Shown here one piece after another: positions 49,541 to 59,429 of a stretch of 64,000 nucleotides of DNA (its first letter is position 1; each line of letters starts with the position of its first letter). The notes under the pieces were generated by a model. The model was not told the DNA's origin, ran no database searches, and worked only from the letters and a program-made list of their open reading frames with translations. The DNA comes from an uncultured Clostridia bacterium (GTDB taxonomy: Bacteria; Bacillota; Clostridia; Christensenellales; CAG-917): contig CANQBO010000004.1 in NCBI GenBank assembly GCA_947589475.1, positions 2,547 to 66,546 of the forward strand. The letters are read 5' to 3'. Made by a program: the position numbers and the translations under genes.

Positions 49541-49565
49541 CTTAAAATAGGGAGTAAAATGCGCA

Positions 49566-49720
49566 CTTGGGGTCGCGGGCTTTGCCCGCTTTTTTTACTA
49601 ACGCTTGAGGAAGAGATTGCGGGATCCACATAAAATTGCGTAGCGATTTTATGGAGTGCAGACCACCCTCACTGCGTACGTGAGTATATCCCGCTCGCTC
49701 CGCGGAGTCGCTCGGACAGA
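49566..49720. repeat. Small mosaic repeat cluster
   Basis: 49666-49718 is an inverted copy of about 4898-4950; TGGGGTCGCGGGCTTTGCCCGCT matches 4449 and 32955. Confidence 0.8.
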
Positions 49721-49770
49721 GTGACGTTAAGCTAGGACAGGCGCTGTTATCCGTTTGCTCAAAGGATAAC

Positions 49771-50439
49771 TTACTTGGTGAGTTCGGCGGCGAGCAAAAG
49801 CTTGTAGAAGGGCGCTATGGCGGTGAATTGGGTCGCGAGATAGGAGGGTAGGGCGGGACTCATGAGCAAGTCATAGTCCGTGCTGTCCGCGCTTACGCCG
49901 ATGTTGGAGCGGCACAGCAGCTCTTGCGCTTCGGGCGTGTAGGCGTCGTATTTTGACGTCTTGAGGACGTCGCCGTACACCTCGAATACGGGCGTGTTTT
50001 TCAGCGCGTCGCGGGCGGCGATGTATTCCGCGGAGTTTTGCGTGATGAGGCGGCGGAAGTTTTTCATCGCGGACGGGGACGCTTGATAATAGCCGCACCC
50101 ATATGAGAATTTGTAGGGGGACACCTCGAAATAAAAGCCGGGCAAACCCTCGTACATCTTCTTGTCGCGTGCGAATATCGCCCAGCAGTGGTCGCGGTAT
50201 CTGTAGCCGTCCGTGGCGTAGCGCATGTCGCGATATATGCGCGATATGCTCCTGTCCACCTTCGGCTCGCAGATGAGCTGATCGTCTATGCCTTTGAGCG
50301 CGGGCGCGAGGGCGATGACAAGCTCCTTGAAAGGCTTCACCAAAAACTCCTCGTAGTCGGCTTTGTGATCCTTGTACCACTGAGGGGAGTTTTCCTTGTG
50401 ATTGAAGTATAAAAAATCGAGAGTGCGCTGTGTGAACAT
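49771..50439 (-). CDS. DUF2461 family protein
   Basis: F...TLDFL..N..W...HK..YE, SRIYRDMRY pattern. Confidence 0.8.
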   Translation of the reverse strand: MFTQRTLDFLYFNHKENSPQWYKDHKADYEEFLVKPFKELVIALAPALKGIDDQLICEPKVDRSISRIYRDMRYATDGYRYRDHCWAIFARDKKMYEGLPGFYFEVSPYKFSYGCGYYQASPSAMKNFRRLITQNSAEYIAARDALKNTPVFEVYGDVLKTSKYDAYTPEAQELLCRSNIGVSADSTDYDLLMSPALPSYLATQFTAIAPFYKLLLAAELTK

Positions 50440-50517
50440 ATTGCTTATTTTTGCAAAAAGCGGAGTTTATCATGGTATTTTTGCATGTTAAATCCGTAAT
50501 TTAGCGAATATCCCGTC

Positions 50518-51117
50518 TTAGACGAAAAGCGAAACGAGGGTATTTTCGACTATGTTGCGCATCGCGGCGTAGTCTATGTAGGGATGATGATCGAAAACAT
50601 ACTCGTGCGAGAAGGATTGCACGATGTCCATCGCGAAGTGCACGCGTTCGTTGAGGTTGGGCGCGTCCAGCCCCAGACTTGCAAGCTTGCCCGCTATTTG
50701 CAGGGTGATGTCGTCCTCAAGCCGAATGAAACGCGCGTTGACCTCCTCGTCGGAGTGGGACATGCTGTGCAACGCTTCGTGGATGTTGGCGTTTTTTTGA
50801 TGTATCTGCGTCGCCTTTGTAAGCACTTCGCAGGCGAGGGCATGCAGATCGACGGGGGAGCGCAGTTTGTCCATAAGCTCCAGCACGGGCGAGAATGCAT
50901 TCTCGACATATATGGAAAGCACGTCGAGCAAGATGTCGCGCTTGTCCTTGAAGTAGCCGTAAACTATGCCCGTGGACACCCCCGCGCGCTTTGCGATCTG
51001 CGCCGTATTCGTCGAATAGTAGCCCACCTCGCTGAAAAGCTCGTAGCCCGCTTCGACTATTCTGTTTTTCTTTTCGATGGAGCGCTCCTGTTTCGGCTCT
51101 CTTATATCCTTTGCCAT
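50518..51117 (-). CDS. TetR/AcrR family transcriptional regulator
   Basis: ELFSEVGYYSTNTAQIAKRAGVSTGIVYGYFKDK HTH. Confidence 0.93.
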   Translation of the reverse strand: MAKDIREPKQERSIEKKNRIVEAGYELFSEVGYYSTNTAQIAKRAGVSTGIVYGYFKDKRDILLDVLSIYVENAFSPVLELMDKLRSPVDLHALACEVLTKATQIHQKNANIHEALHSMSHSDEEVNARFIRLEDDITLQIAGKLASLGLDAPNLNERVHFAMDIVQSFSHEYVFDHHPYIDYAAMRNIVENTLVSLFV

Positions 51118-51455
51118 TTTCACCCCCGCGCCTGAATGCGTGACCGTCATCGTTTATTTTATTGTTTTATTCTATACAAAGTATTATTATATTTCCAAAT
51201 ATCAGCATGTGCGGCAACCGTATGCCGCGACAAGCGTGCGCCGAGACCGCGCTTGGCTCCTTTTTTTGCATCATGCTCAGCGACGACAGTACGTTGAGAC
51301 GCGTTTTTAGTCCTCGCGGTCTCGCCGAGCATATTTCGTCCGCCGCTATTTTCAAGCGTAAAATAAGGACATACGCCTCTACATGCCTTTAGTATACAGT
51401 ATTTTCGACTGTTTTGCAAGGCGAAAAATAAAATGTGAAAAAAATTTCGCATTTT

Positions 51456-51526
51456 TTGTTTAAATCGGTTGACTTGTTTAAATCGGAGTGCTATTATCAT
51501 ATCGCTAAAACATGAAATAAATTTCA
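51456..51526 (+). promoter_or_regulatory. feo operon promoter with repeated operator-like sites
   Basis: TTGACT-17-TATTAT; direct repeat TTGTTTAAATCGG at 51456 and 51474; palindrome ATGAAAT-AA-ATTTCAT near +1. Confidence 0.6.
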
Positions 51527-51566
51527 TATTCTTCGCATAGGATGAATATGGAAGTGGGAGAGACTT

Positions 51567-51779
51567 ATGCCGCTTATTGTTGCGCCGATAGGAAGAGAGC
51601 TGAGGATCGTCAGGATCCTGACGGATGAGAAAACAAAGAAGCATCTTGAGAATTTGGGCATCACAATTTCCTCAACGATCAGCATCATTTCTCAGAGCGG
51701 AGGGAGCACCATCTGCATGGTCAAGGACGGAAGGCTTGCTCTCGACAAAAATATCGCGACAAAAATATTAGTGGCATAA
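51567..51779 (+). CDS. feoA: Ferrous iron transport protein A
   Basis: 70 aa, HLENLGI..RLALD..A.KI.V; first gene of feo operon. Confidence 0.88.
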   Translation: MPLIVAPIGRELRIVRILTDEKTKKHLENLGITISSTISIISQSGGSTICMVKDGRLALDKNIATKILVA

Positions 51780-51790
51780 AGGAGGCAACA

Positions 51791-52156
51791 ATGCTTAAAC
51801 TGTTCAAAAAGAAGGAACAGGCCGTGCCCGAGGTCAAGACTTCGAGCGGGGAGCTTGTCACCGTGACGATGTCTCTCGACAAGTTCGAAATAGGGCAATC
51901 GGGCGTCATCAAGAGCATAGGCGGCGACGGCAAGATAAGGCGGCGTCTGTTCGATATGGGCGTGACTCCCGGCGCGGAGGTCTATCTTCGCAAGAGAGCG
52001 CCCCTCGGCGACCCCATAGAGGTCACCATACGCGACTATGAGCTTACTTTGAGAAAGACGGAAGCGGCTGTAGTCATGCTCGAGACAAAGGTGCCAAAGG
52101 GCGCGGACGGTAAAGCGGAGGGCGCTTCCGATGCTTCGGAGGTGAAAGATGCTTAA
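51791..52156 (+). CDS. feoA: Ferrous iron transport protein A (second copy)
   Basis: RRRLFDMGVTPG, APLGDPIE..IRDYELTLRK.EA. Confidence 0.92.
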   Translation: MLKLFKKKEQAVPEVKTSSGELVTVTMSLDKFEIGQSGVIKSIGGDGKIRRRLFDMGVTPGAEVYLRKRAPLGDPIEVTIRDYELTLRKTEAAVVMLETKVPKGADGKAEGASDASEVKDA

Positions 52157-54908
52157 ATTTGCACTTGCGGGCAACCCCAACTGCGGCAAAACGACGCTGT
52201 TCAATTCTTTGACGGGTTCGACCGCTCACGTCGGCAACTGGCCGGGCGTCACGGTGGACAAGAAGGAGGGCGTGTACAAAAAATGCGCCGAACCCATATC
52301 CATCGTCGATCTGCCGGGCATTTATTCGCTCTCGCCGTACACTCCCGAGGAGGTCATCTCGAGAAACTACATTCTCGACGAGAAGCCCGATTGTATCATC
52401 AACATCATCGACGCGACCAACCTCGAGCGCAATCTTTATCTGACTACGCAGATAATGGAGATCGACGTGCCCATCGTCATCGCGCTCAACATGATGGACG
52501 CGGTGGAAAAAAACGGCGACAAAATAGACCCCGCCAAACTCGAGGAGCAGATAGGGCTTCCCGTCGTCGCTATATCCGCGCTCAAGGAAAAGGGACTTGA
52601 CGAGCTTATGCAACGTGCCTACGAGGTGAGCAAACAGCCGAGGAAGGGCGCGACGGTACTCAGCGATACGGCGCTCATGCACTTGATACGCGACTGTCAA
52701 ATAGCGCTCGAAGGGCAGAAAGTCGAAAATTCGCTTTTCCACGCGATAAAGCTTGTGGAGTTGGACGAGATCGAAGTCGCGATGCATCCCGACAGCGCGA
52801 AGATGGTGGAGGAATTTAAACACACCTTCAACGACGACACATTCGGCAGCGATTTCGAGGCGATAGTCGCGGACAGCAGATACAAATATATTTCCAAATA
52901 TTATTCGGGCGCGCTGGAGCGCAAAAAACGCTCGGACGGCTCGGACGGCGAGGCGAGCAAACTGTCCGTTTCCGACAAGGTGGACAAGGTGCTCACCCAC
53001 AAGATATGGGGAATACCCATTTTCATCGTCGTGCTGTTTTTCATCTTCCATCTTACGTTTTCCGAGGATCTGCTTTGGATAGGCGCGGCGGGCGCGTTTG
53101 ACAAGGACGTGTTTGCCTACGACGCCGATGGCTATGCGATAACGGAATTCTACGACGCGGAGGGCAACCTCCTCGACAGCCTTCTCGACGAAAACGGCGA
53201 CCCCGTAGCGCTGTGCGACGCAAGCGGCAAACAGTATGACGTCTTTTATGACGAGGACGGCCATGAGGCGGAACTTGTCATAGGCGAGGACGGCGCGCTT
53301 GCCGAGCTTGAGACGGTGCCGTACGCGTACGCAACCAAAAACGGCGACAAACCCATAAAGACATTCTACGACAAGGACAAAAACGAACTTACGTCGCTCG
53401 TGGACGAAGAGGGCAATTTGCTCGAACTGTACGACGCGGACGGAAGAAAATACGAGCGCTTTTACAATGCGGACGGCTACGAGGTCAACATCGTCGTAGA
53501 CGAGGAGACGGGCGAGTTTGCGGACGTCGAGTTTGTCAGCGGCATAGACGAGTATCTTTCCGAAATAACCGTGCACACATTCTTCGGATACGAAGAGGGC
53601 GTGTATTCGCCGGGCGTGATTTTGCAAAATACGCTCACCGTGCTCACCGACCTAATAAGCGTGAGCATTGCCGAGGGTCTCAAGACAGCGGCTCCGTGGG
53701 TGAGTGGGCTTATCGTGGACGGCATATTCGGCGGTTTGTTCGCGGTGCTCAGCTTCCTGCCTCAAATACTGTTGCTCTTCTTGTTCTTCTCAATACTCGA
53801 GGACAGCGGCTACATGGCGCGCGTGGCGTTCATTCTGGACAGGATATTCCGCCGTTTCGGACTCAGCGGCAGGGCGTTCATGCCCATGATCATGGGCTTC
53901 GGCTGTTCCGTGCCCGCGATGATAAACACCCGCACGCTCGCCGACCAAAACGAGCGTACCTCGACGATACGCGTCATACCCTTCTTCAGTTGCGGCGCGA
54001 AGTTGCCCATTCTCACGGCGATAGCGGGCGGACTTGTTGAGCGCTTCGGGCTTGCAAACGCCGACCTCATCACGTACGGCATGTATCTTCTCGGCATAGT
54101 GACGGCGATATGTTGCGTGCTCCTCATGCGCAATACGACCATGAAGGGCGACGTCCCGCCGTTCATAATGGAATTGCCCGCATACCACGCGCCTCAATTC
54201 AAAAACCTTATGTTGCATCTGTGGGATAAGACAAAACACTTCGTCAAAAAGGCGTTCACGATTATTCTTCTCTCCACGATATTCATTTGGTTCATAAGCC
54301 ACTTCAGCTGGAATTGGCAATATCTTGAAGACTCCGAGATGGGAGGCAGTATACTTGCGGGGCTGGGAAGCATAATAAGACCGTTGTTTACTCCTCTCGG
54401 CTTCGGAAGCCAGCTCGATAAGCAGTGGGGCTGGGTGTTCGTCGTCGCGGCGATAACGGGCCTCATCGCAAAGGAAAACGTCATCGCGACATTCGGTACT
54501 TTGGCGGCATGCATTTCCGGCGCGTTCGTTGCGGACGAGGCTCTCGAGGGCGTGGACAGCGTGGTGCAGATGATCTCGGCAACGGGCATTACAGCCCCCG
54601 CGCTCATAGCGTTTATCGCGTTCAACATGCTCACCATACCGTGCTTCGCGGCGGTCGCTACGGCAAAGGCGGAGTCTCCCTCGAAGAGTTCCTTCAGATG
54701 GACGCTGGTGTTCTGGGTGGTGACCTCGTACATCGTGTCGGCAATGATATACATCATCGGCAGCTGGTGGTGGACGGTGTTCATCGTTGCGGCTCTGTGG
54801 GCGGCGGTCATTGCGCTCATAGTGCTCAACAACAAGGGCAAGATAGACGTCAAAGGCTTCTTCGATATGCTCAAAGAGAAGCTTCATCTAAAGCGTAAAA
54901 AGGCGTGA
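52149..54908 (+). CDS. feoB: Ferrous iron transport protein B with large acidic insertion
   Basis: GNPNCGKT, GNWPGVTV, DLPGIYSL, NMMD, LEDSGYMAR, GFGCSVPA, FIMELP, AKEN, PCFA. Confidence 0.96.
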   Translation: MLKFALAGNPNCGKTTLFNSLTGSTAHVGNWPGVTVDKKEGVYKKCAEPISIVDLPGIYSLSPYTPEEVISRNYILDEKPDCIINIIDATNLERNLYLTTQIMEIDVPIVIALNMMDAVEKNGDKIDPAKLEEQIGLPVVAISALKEKGLDELMQRAYEVSKQPRKGATVLSDTALMHLIRDCQIALEGQKVENSLFHAIKLVELDEIEVAMHPDSAKMVEEFKHTFNDDTFGSDFEAIVADSRYKYISKYYSGALERKKRSDGSDGEASKLSVSDKVDKVLTHKIWGIPIFIVVLFFIFHLTFSEDLLWIGAAGAFDKDVFAYDADGYAITEFYDAEGNLLDSLLDENGDPVALCDASGKQYDVFYDEDGHEAELVIGEDGALAELETVPYAYATKNGDKPIKTFYDKDKNELTSLVDEEGNLLELYDADGRKYERFYNADGYEVNIVVDEETGEFADVEFVSGIDEYLSEITVHTFFGYEEGVYSPGVILQNTLTVLTDLISVSIAEGLKTAAPWVSGLIVDGIFGGLFAVLSFLPQILLLFLFFSILEDSGYMARVAFILDRIFRRFGLSGRAFMPMIMGFGCSVPAMINTRTLADQNERTSTIRVIPFFSCGAKLPILTAIAGGLVERFGLANADLITYGMYLLGIVTAICCVLLMRNTTMKGDVPPFIMELPAYHAPQFKNLMLHLWDKTKHFVKKAFTIILLSTIFIWFISHFSWNWQYLEDSEMGGSILAGLGSIIRPLFTPLGFGSQLDKQWGWVFVVAAITGLIAKENVIATFGTLAACISGAFVADEALEGVDSVVQMISATGITAPALIAFIAFNMLTIPCFAAVATAKAESPSKSSFRWTLVFWVVTSYIVSAMIYIIGSWWWTVFIVAALWAAVIALIVLNNKGKIDVKGFFDMLKEKLHLKRKKA

Positions 54909-55159
54909 ATATGGGACCTATTGAAATAACAGTCATAGTGCTTGTCGCGGCATTCGTGCTTGCGATGATCATAGCGATGATCGTGAGAAAGCTCAAGGGA
55001 AAGCCGTCGCTAAGCTCGGATTGCGGTTGCTGTCCTTATAGCGGCGAATGTCACGGCGCCTGCAAGGGCGAGGACGTATCCGACATCGTCGCCGAGGCGA
55101 AGGCAAGACGGAGGGATAGGAGCGCTTCGCAAGCCGAGGACGTCGGCGACGCGGAGTGA
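54905..55159 (+). CDS. FeoB-associated Cys-rich small membrane protein
   Basis: Single TM then CGCCPYSGECHGAC; overlaps the feoB stop. Confidence 0.85.
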   Translation: MNMGPIEITVIVLVAAFVLAMIIAMIVRKLKGKPSLSSDCGCCPYSGECHGACKGEDVSDIVAEAKARRRDRSASQAEDVGDAE

Positions 55160-55212
55160 GCAAAATTTCAAAGTATCGGGGCAACGCCCTACGGTATACT
55201 CTCTCTTTTAGC

Positions 55213-55247
55213 AACGAAAGGCGCGGAATTTCCGCGCTTTTCGTTTT
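55213..55247 (+). terminator. Terminator of feo operon
   Basis: AACGAAAGGCGCGGA-ATT-TCCGCGCTTTTCGTTTT. Confidence 0.75.
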
Positions 55248-55382
55248 ATATGTGTTCAAAAGCGGGCAAAAGCGCGACGAATAGAGAAAAAACTTTGTAA
55301 AAAGACTTTTTTTTTCTTGAAATGTTTGATACTATATAATTTAAGCAATAATCAGTCGGGCGTACGCCCGTAGGAGTGAAAT

Positions 55383-56720
55383 ATGAACGAGGCAATAGTT
55401 GCAAACATAGCAAAATATGGGAAGATGCTCTTTGAAAAGAAGTACATCGAAAGCGGCTACATCGCCGTCAAAGAGGCGGACGGCATTTGCATCACGACCG
55501 CTACCGCCAAATTCGACGACATAAAGGCGGAGGACGTCGTCTTTGTCAACGACAAGAATATCGAGTCCTACGAGGGCAACTTCCGCGCGGCGGCGGTCAT
55601 ACTGTTCTGCGCCGTAAGACAGGACAAAAATTCGGGCGCGGCGGCCATAGTGGACAGCGACAGCATACTAAAATATTCCGAGAAACACCTCACTCTGCAA
55701 CCCATTTTGGACGACCTTGCGCAGGTGTGCGGCATAAGCATAAAGTGTGCGGCAAAAAACGTCGCGGCAGAGGTCGTGACCTCGCTTTCGGGGCTGAGAA
55801 ACTGCTGTTTCCTTCCCGACGCGGGCGCGGTCGTCACGGGGCGCACCCTCGACGAAGTGTTTACGGCTACTCTCGTGCTGGACAAGGCTTGCAACGCGGA
55901 GTTGCTTGCGGAGGGCAAGGGCGGCACTCAGCACCTCGGCAAGGTGCAGGCTGTGCTTGAGCACGTCGTTTACAAGTTGAAATATTCAAAGAAAAATCAA
56001 GAACAGCAAAAGGACGCGGCGGAACATATCGAGGAGAAACCCGTTGAAGGCGAGACAGCCGAGGCTCCCACGGAAGGCGAAACAGCCGAGTCCCCCGCTC
56101 AAGAGTCTAAGCCCGAGGATAAGAAGTCGGAGGCTAAGGAGGCGCGCGCAAGCGCGATCGTCACGGACAAGGAGAAAGAGATCGCGCAGGCGATAAAAGA
56201 CGCCGGCATGACTATGCTGGAGGAAAACCTCGTGCAGGGCACGTGGGGCAACATCGCCGTCAAGCTTGACGAGAAATATATGCTCGCCACTCCGTCGGGG
56301 CTCGATTATATGCTGTTGAAGCCCGAGCAGATCGCAAAAGTGGATATGGAAACGCTTGAGTGGACGGGCACGGACAAAGCGACAAGCGAAAAGGGCATAC
56401 ATGCGGTGTTGCTCGCGGGCGAGGGCATAGGAGCGACCATACACTCTCACCCCTTCTACGGCTGTATACTCGCCGCGATGGACAGACCGCTCCCCGTGCC
56501 CGACGAGTATAAGGATATTTTGGGGGAGGAGATACCTTGCGCAAAGGCGGCGCTCCCCGGCACGAAGGGACTCATCAAAAACGTAAGCGAGGCGATAGGC
56601 AACGCCCCCGCATGCTTCCTCGCGCACCACGGAGTCATCGCCCGCGGCAAGACCCTCGAGGACGCGCTGAACATCTGCCGCGCGCTGGAGAAAGCCTGCG
56701 AAGCGTATCTCAAGGCGTAA
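55383..56720 (+). CDS. Tandem class II aldolase/adducin domain protein
   Basis: C domain has GTWGNI, TPSG, TSE..IH, HSHP, HHG; N domain is homologous but lacks the His ligands; acidic linker. Confidence 0.85.
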   Translation: MNEAIVANIAKYGKMLFEKKYIESGYIAVKEADGICITTATAKFDDIKAEDVVFVNDKNIESYEGNFRAAAVILFCAVRQDKNSGAAAIVDSDSILKYSEKHLTLQPILDDLAQVCGISIKCAAKNVAAEVVTSLSGLRNCCFLPDAGAVVTGRTLDEVFTATLVLDKACNAELLAEGKGGTQHLGKVQAVLEHVVYKLKYSKKNQEQQKDAAEHIEEKPVEGETAEAPTEGETAESPAQESKPEDKKSEAKEARASAIVTDKEKEIAQAIKDAGMTMLEENLVQGTWGNIAVKLDEKYMLATPSGLDYMLLKPEQIAKVDMETLEWTGTDKATSEKGIHAVLLAGEGIGATIHSHPFYGCILAAMDRPLPVPDEYKDILGEEIPCAKAALPGTKGLIKNVSEAIGNAPACFLAHHGVIARGKTLEDALNICRALEKACEAYLKA

Positions 56721-56739
56721 TGATATTAAAATCGCACGA

Positions 56740-56775
56740 GTGCGCGGCTCGATTGTCTAGAGCCGCGCACTTTTT
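56740..56775 (+). terminator. Intrinsic terminator
   Basis: GTGCGCGGCTC..GAGCCGCGCAC-TTTTT. Confidence 0.8.
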
Positions 56776-56991
56776 GGTATATGCCAAAAGCGCGGATGTG
56801 ATGTCATTTGGAGAATTTAATCTGCCGAATTACATATTTATTCACAAAAATATGCGTATATAAAACAAAACTAAGCACTTTTATGCAATTTTTCAGTAAA
56901 AATATACGAATTTACTTGCGTTTTATGCACATCATGTTATAATTATCAATATCAAATCACGCTCGAAAAATGATGAGCGAAAGGAGTAAAT

Positions 56992-58953
56992 ATGAATAAA
57001 CATCATCAAATTCTACGGGGGGGGGTACATATTGCTTTAGTGCTTCTGTTGACTCTGTTGATAATATCCTCCTTCGTCGCATGCGGGCCTGCGAAAAATA
57101 AAGAGAGCAAGGTCGAACTTATCCCGCACGATGCCGAGACTCTGTTTGCGGAAAGTTATGATTATGTTTCCATGTTCGAGGCAACCATTGACGGCGGTCC
57201 GTTTGAGATCAAAGCGGAAAACATCGATGCGTCCGCTGTAAAATTGAATGAAGCGGGCATTTACGATGTAAAGTGCGAAATTGAGGTCGATGGCAAGAAA
57301 TACAGTGCGACCGCAAAGCTCACAGTTGTCGCGCCAAGAGATTTCTCTGTCGATGCAAAGTCAAGCGAGCTAAAAGTGGTCATCATCGGAGAACAGCTTG
57401 ACGTCGCAACGCTGTTCAGCGCGACAGTGGCGTCTAAGTCGTACACGTTGAAAGCGGAAGATATCGATGCGTCGGGTTTGGATCTGACAAAAGAAGGGCT
57501 TTACGAAGTTACCGCAAGTCTCACGATAGATGGTGTGACAAAGAGCGCAACTCAAAAGATATATGTCATACCTGCCGCAAATTACGACATAAACGGCGCA
57601 ATGGAATTCAACTACGCCAACTACAGCGCTAAAATATCCGTAGAAGAGGACGATAACGGCAATAAAGCCTCCGAGACTATTACAGTCAAAGACGCTGAAG
57701 GAAAGTATCATTATGAGAGCAGGCTCCCGCTGTCAAACGGTGGCGAAAGTCATGTGACATATGAGTTCCAACTTGATACCGATTCAGGCGCGGTTCTCAA
57801 AACATATCTCTACAATGAGACATCAAAAGAATGGGAAAAGCGCGCTACGGATTCGGATACGAATGCGTATGTCAACCACGTAGAAGTCGATGAGGCATTT
57901 GCAAACTACTTCATCCTCGGCGAGGATGGAATGTTCGCGGCGGACGCAGACGCACAGACATTGACGGATATTGCATGCAGCTTGCTTTGCTACAATACAA
58001 GTTTGATTGGCGATATTACGTCTTTGAAAGTGCGTGTTGAAAACAACAAAATCGTTAAAATCGTGGTAGAGTCGGCTTATGTGGGTGAAGACGATTATAT
58101 CGACAAATATCTCATCACGGTCGAACTCAGCGATTTCGGCGCCGTGGAATTCGATCTACCTTATTTTGAGCCTGAAGTCGAGATAACTCACGTTGATGCC
58201 GAAGTTTTTGTCGGTGACGAAACAGAGTATGATTTTCTTTCCATGTTTACGATAAAGGTTGATGGTCACAGCTACACCTTGGGCGAAGGCGACAAATACT
58301 CGATAGAGCAGAGCGTCGATTTCAACAAAGCCGACGAATATGATGTCACATTCAAACTCAAAGTAAAGGAGGGACTAGAAGAGCACACTGCCACAGCTAA
58401 ATTCACCGTCAAGGAAAAACCCATCGAGAAAAAGACTTTCCGCGCCGCCATGGAGGAGATGATTGCCAACTGCACGATGACGAAGACATCTAATTCCGGT
58501 AGCAATACAACAATATTCTTAGTAGACGGCAATGCAACATACAATCAAACTTCAAAATTCTTGTTTGATACAAACAATATCAATGGGAAAAATACACAAA
58601 GATATACGGTCAATACCGATAATACTTTAAAAGATGATGGTTTGAAGAGCGGTTCATTTTTACGCTTGTGTGATTTATTGGCGATAATAGATGATTTTGT
58701 TGTAGGCGATGACGGCATCACCTACACATATACCGGAGACCAGCTCACTACTATTTCAACTAATGCGGGTGCTTTAATGACCACAATGTATAAAGCCATT
58801 AATATAGAAATAGTTTTTCAAAATAACTCAATAGAGTCTATAAAATTTAATTTCAAGACGGGATCCAGTGCGACTGCAAAAGACGCTTATCATCTTTACA
58901 CGATCTCCGCGATCGGGACGACGGAGTTGCCTGTACAATTGCCAAAAGCGTAA
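56992..58953 (+). CDS. Surface lipoprotein with repeated bacterial Ig-like domains
   Basis: Lipobox FVAC; three repeats of type S.V....G.Y.V; G9 tract at 57017-57025. Confidence 0.8.
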   Translation: MNKHHQILRGGVHIALVLLLTLLIISSFVACGPAKNKESKVELIPHDAETLFAESYDYVSMFEATIDGGPFEIKAENIDASAVKLNEAGIYDVKCEIEVDGKKYSATAKLTVVAPRDFSVDAKSSELKVVIIGEQLDVATLFSATVASKSYTLKAEDIDASGLDLTKEGLYEVTASLTIDGVTKSATQKIYVIPAANYDINGAMEFNYANYSAKISVEEDDNGNKASETITVKDAEGKYHYESRLPLSNGGESHVTYEFQLDTDSGAVLKTYLYNETSKEWEKRATDSDTNAYVNHVEVDEAFANYFILGEDGMFAADADAQTLTDIACSLLCYNTSLIGDITSLKVRVENNKIVKIVVESAYVGEDDYIDKYLITVELSDFGAVEFDLPYFEPEVEITHVDAEVFVGDETEYDFLSMFTIKVDGHSYTLGEGDKYSIEQSVDFNKADEYDVTFKLKVKEGLEEHTATAKFTVKEKPIEKKTFRAAMEEMIANCTMTKTSNSGSNTTIFLVDGNATYNQTSKFLFDTNNINGKNTQRYTVNTDNTLKDDGLKSGSFLRLCDLLAIIDDFVVGDDGITYTYTGDQLTTISTNAGALMTTMYKAINIEIVFQNNSIESIKFNFKTGSSATAKDAYHLYTISAIGTTELPVQLPKA

Positions 58954-58975
58954 GTCGTAAGATAAGACAACGCAT

Positions 58976-59007
58976 AAAAAGCTCCGTTCTTCGGGACGGG
59001 GCTTTTT
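58976..59007 (+). terminator. Intrinsic terminator
   Basis: AAAAAGCTCCGTTC-TTCG-GGACGGGGCTTTTT. Confidence 0.8.
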
Positions 59008-59014
59008 GTATATG

Positions 59015-59080
59015 CGGCGGAGCAATACTATGGCAGAACAGGACTACGGCGGAGCAATACTACGGCGGAGCGATACGGCG
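59015..59080 (+). repeat. 16-bp tandem repeat, about 4 copies
   Basis: CGGCGGAGCAATACTA at 59015 and 59047, variants at 59031 and 59063. Confidence 0.85.
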
Positions 59081-59130
59081 CAGTCTGCTTGTATGGCATA
59101 TTCGACGCGGCGGCGCATACGCGCACAGGG

Positions 59131-59215
59131 GATCCTTCGACTACGCTCAGGATGACAAGGCGAGACGTAGGCGCTTGAGCGCATAGAGAATTTCTCGACG
59201 TTGCTCGGAATGACA
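59131..59215 (-). repeat. Pair of YGTC-tagged REP elements
   Basis: Reverse strand TGTCATCCTGAGCGTAGTCGAAGGATC and TGTCATTCCGAGCAACGTCGAGAAAT; homologous to 43502-43528. Confidence 0.8.
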
Positions 59216-59429
59216 AATAAAGCAAACAGCCCTAGGACAAAAATATGTCGCATATGCGCGCGCGAAGGCAAGGCGAACCGCAAGCGGCAGTATGGGCAGG
59301 ATACGTACACAATATGTTGTGGGTTGCGGGAATTTTGAACGCAAGATATGCAATTTTCGGAAAATTGCGGGCGCAGGGAATACTATTTGTGTTTTTTTGA
59401 ATTTTTTTGTCATAAGCCCCTCAAATTGT

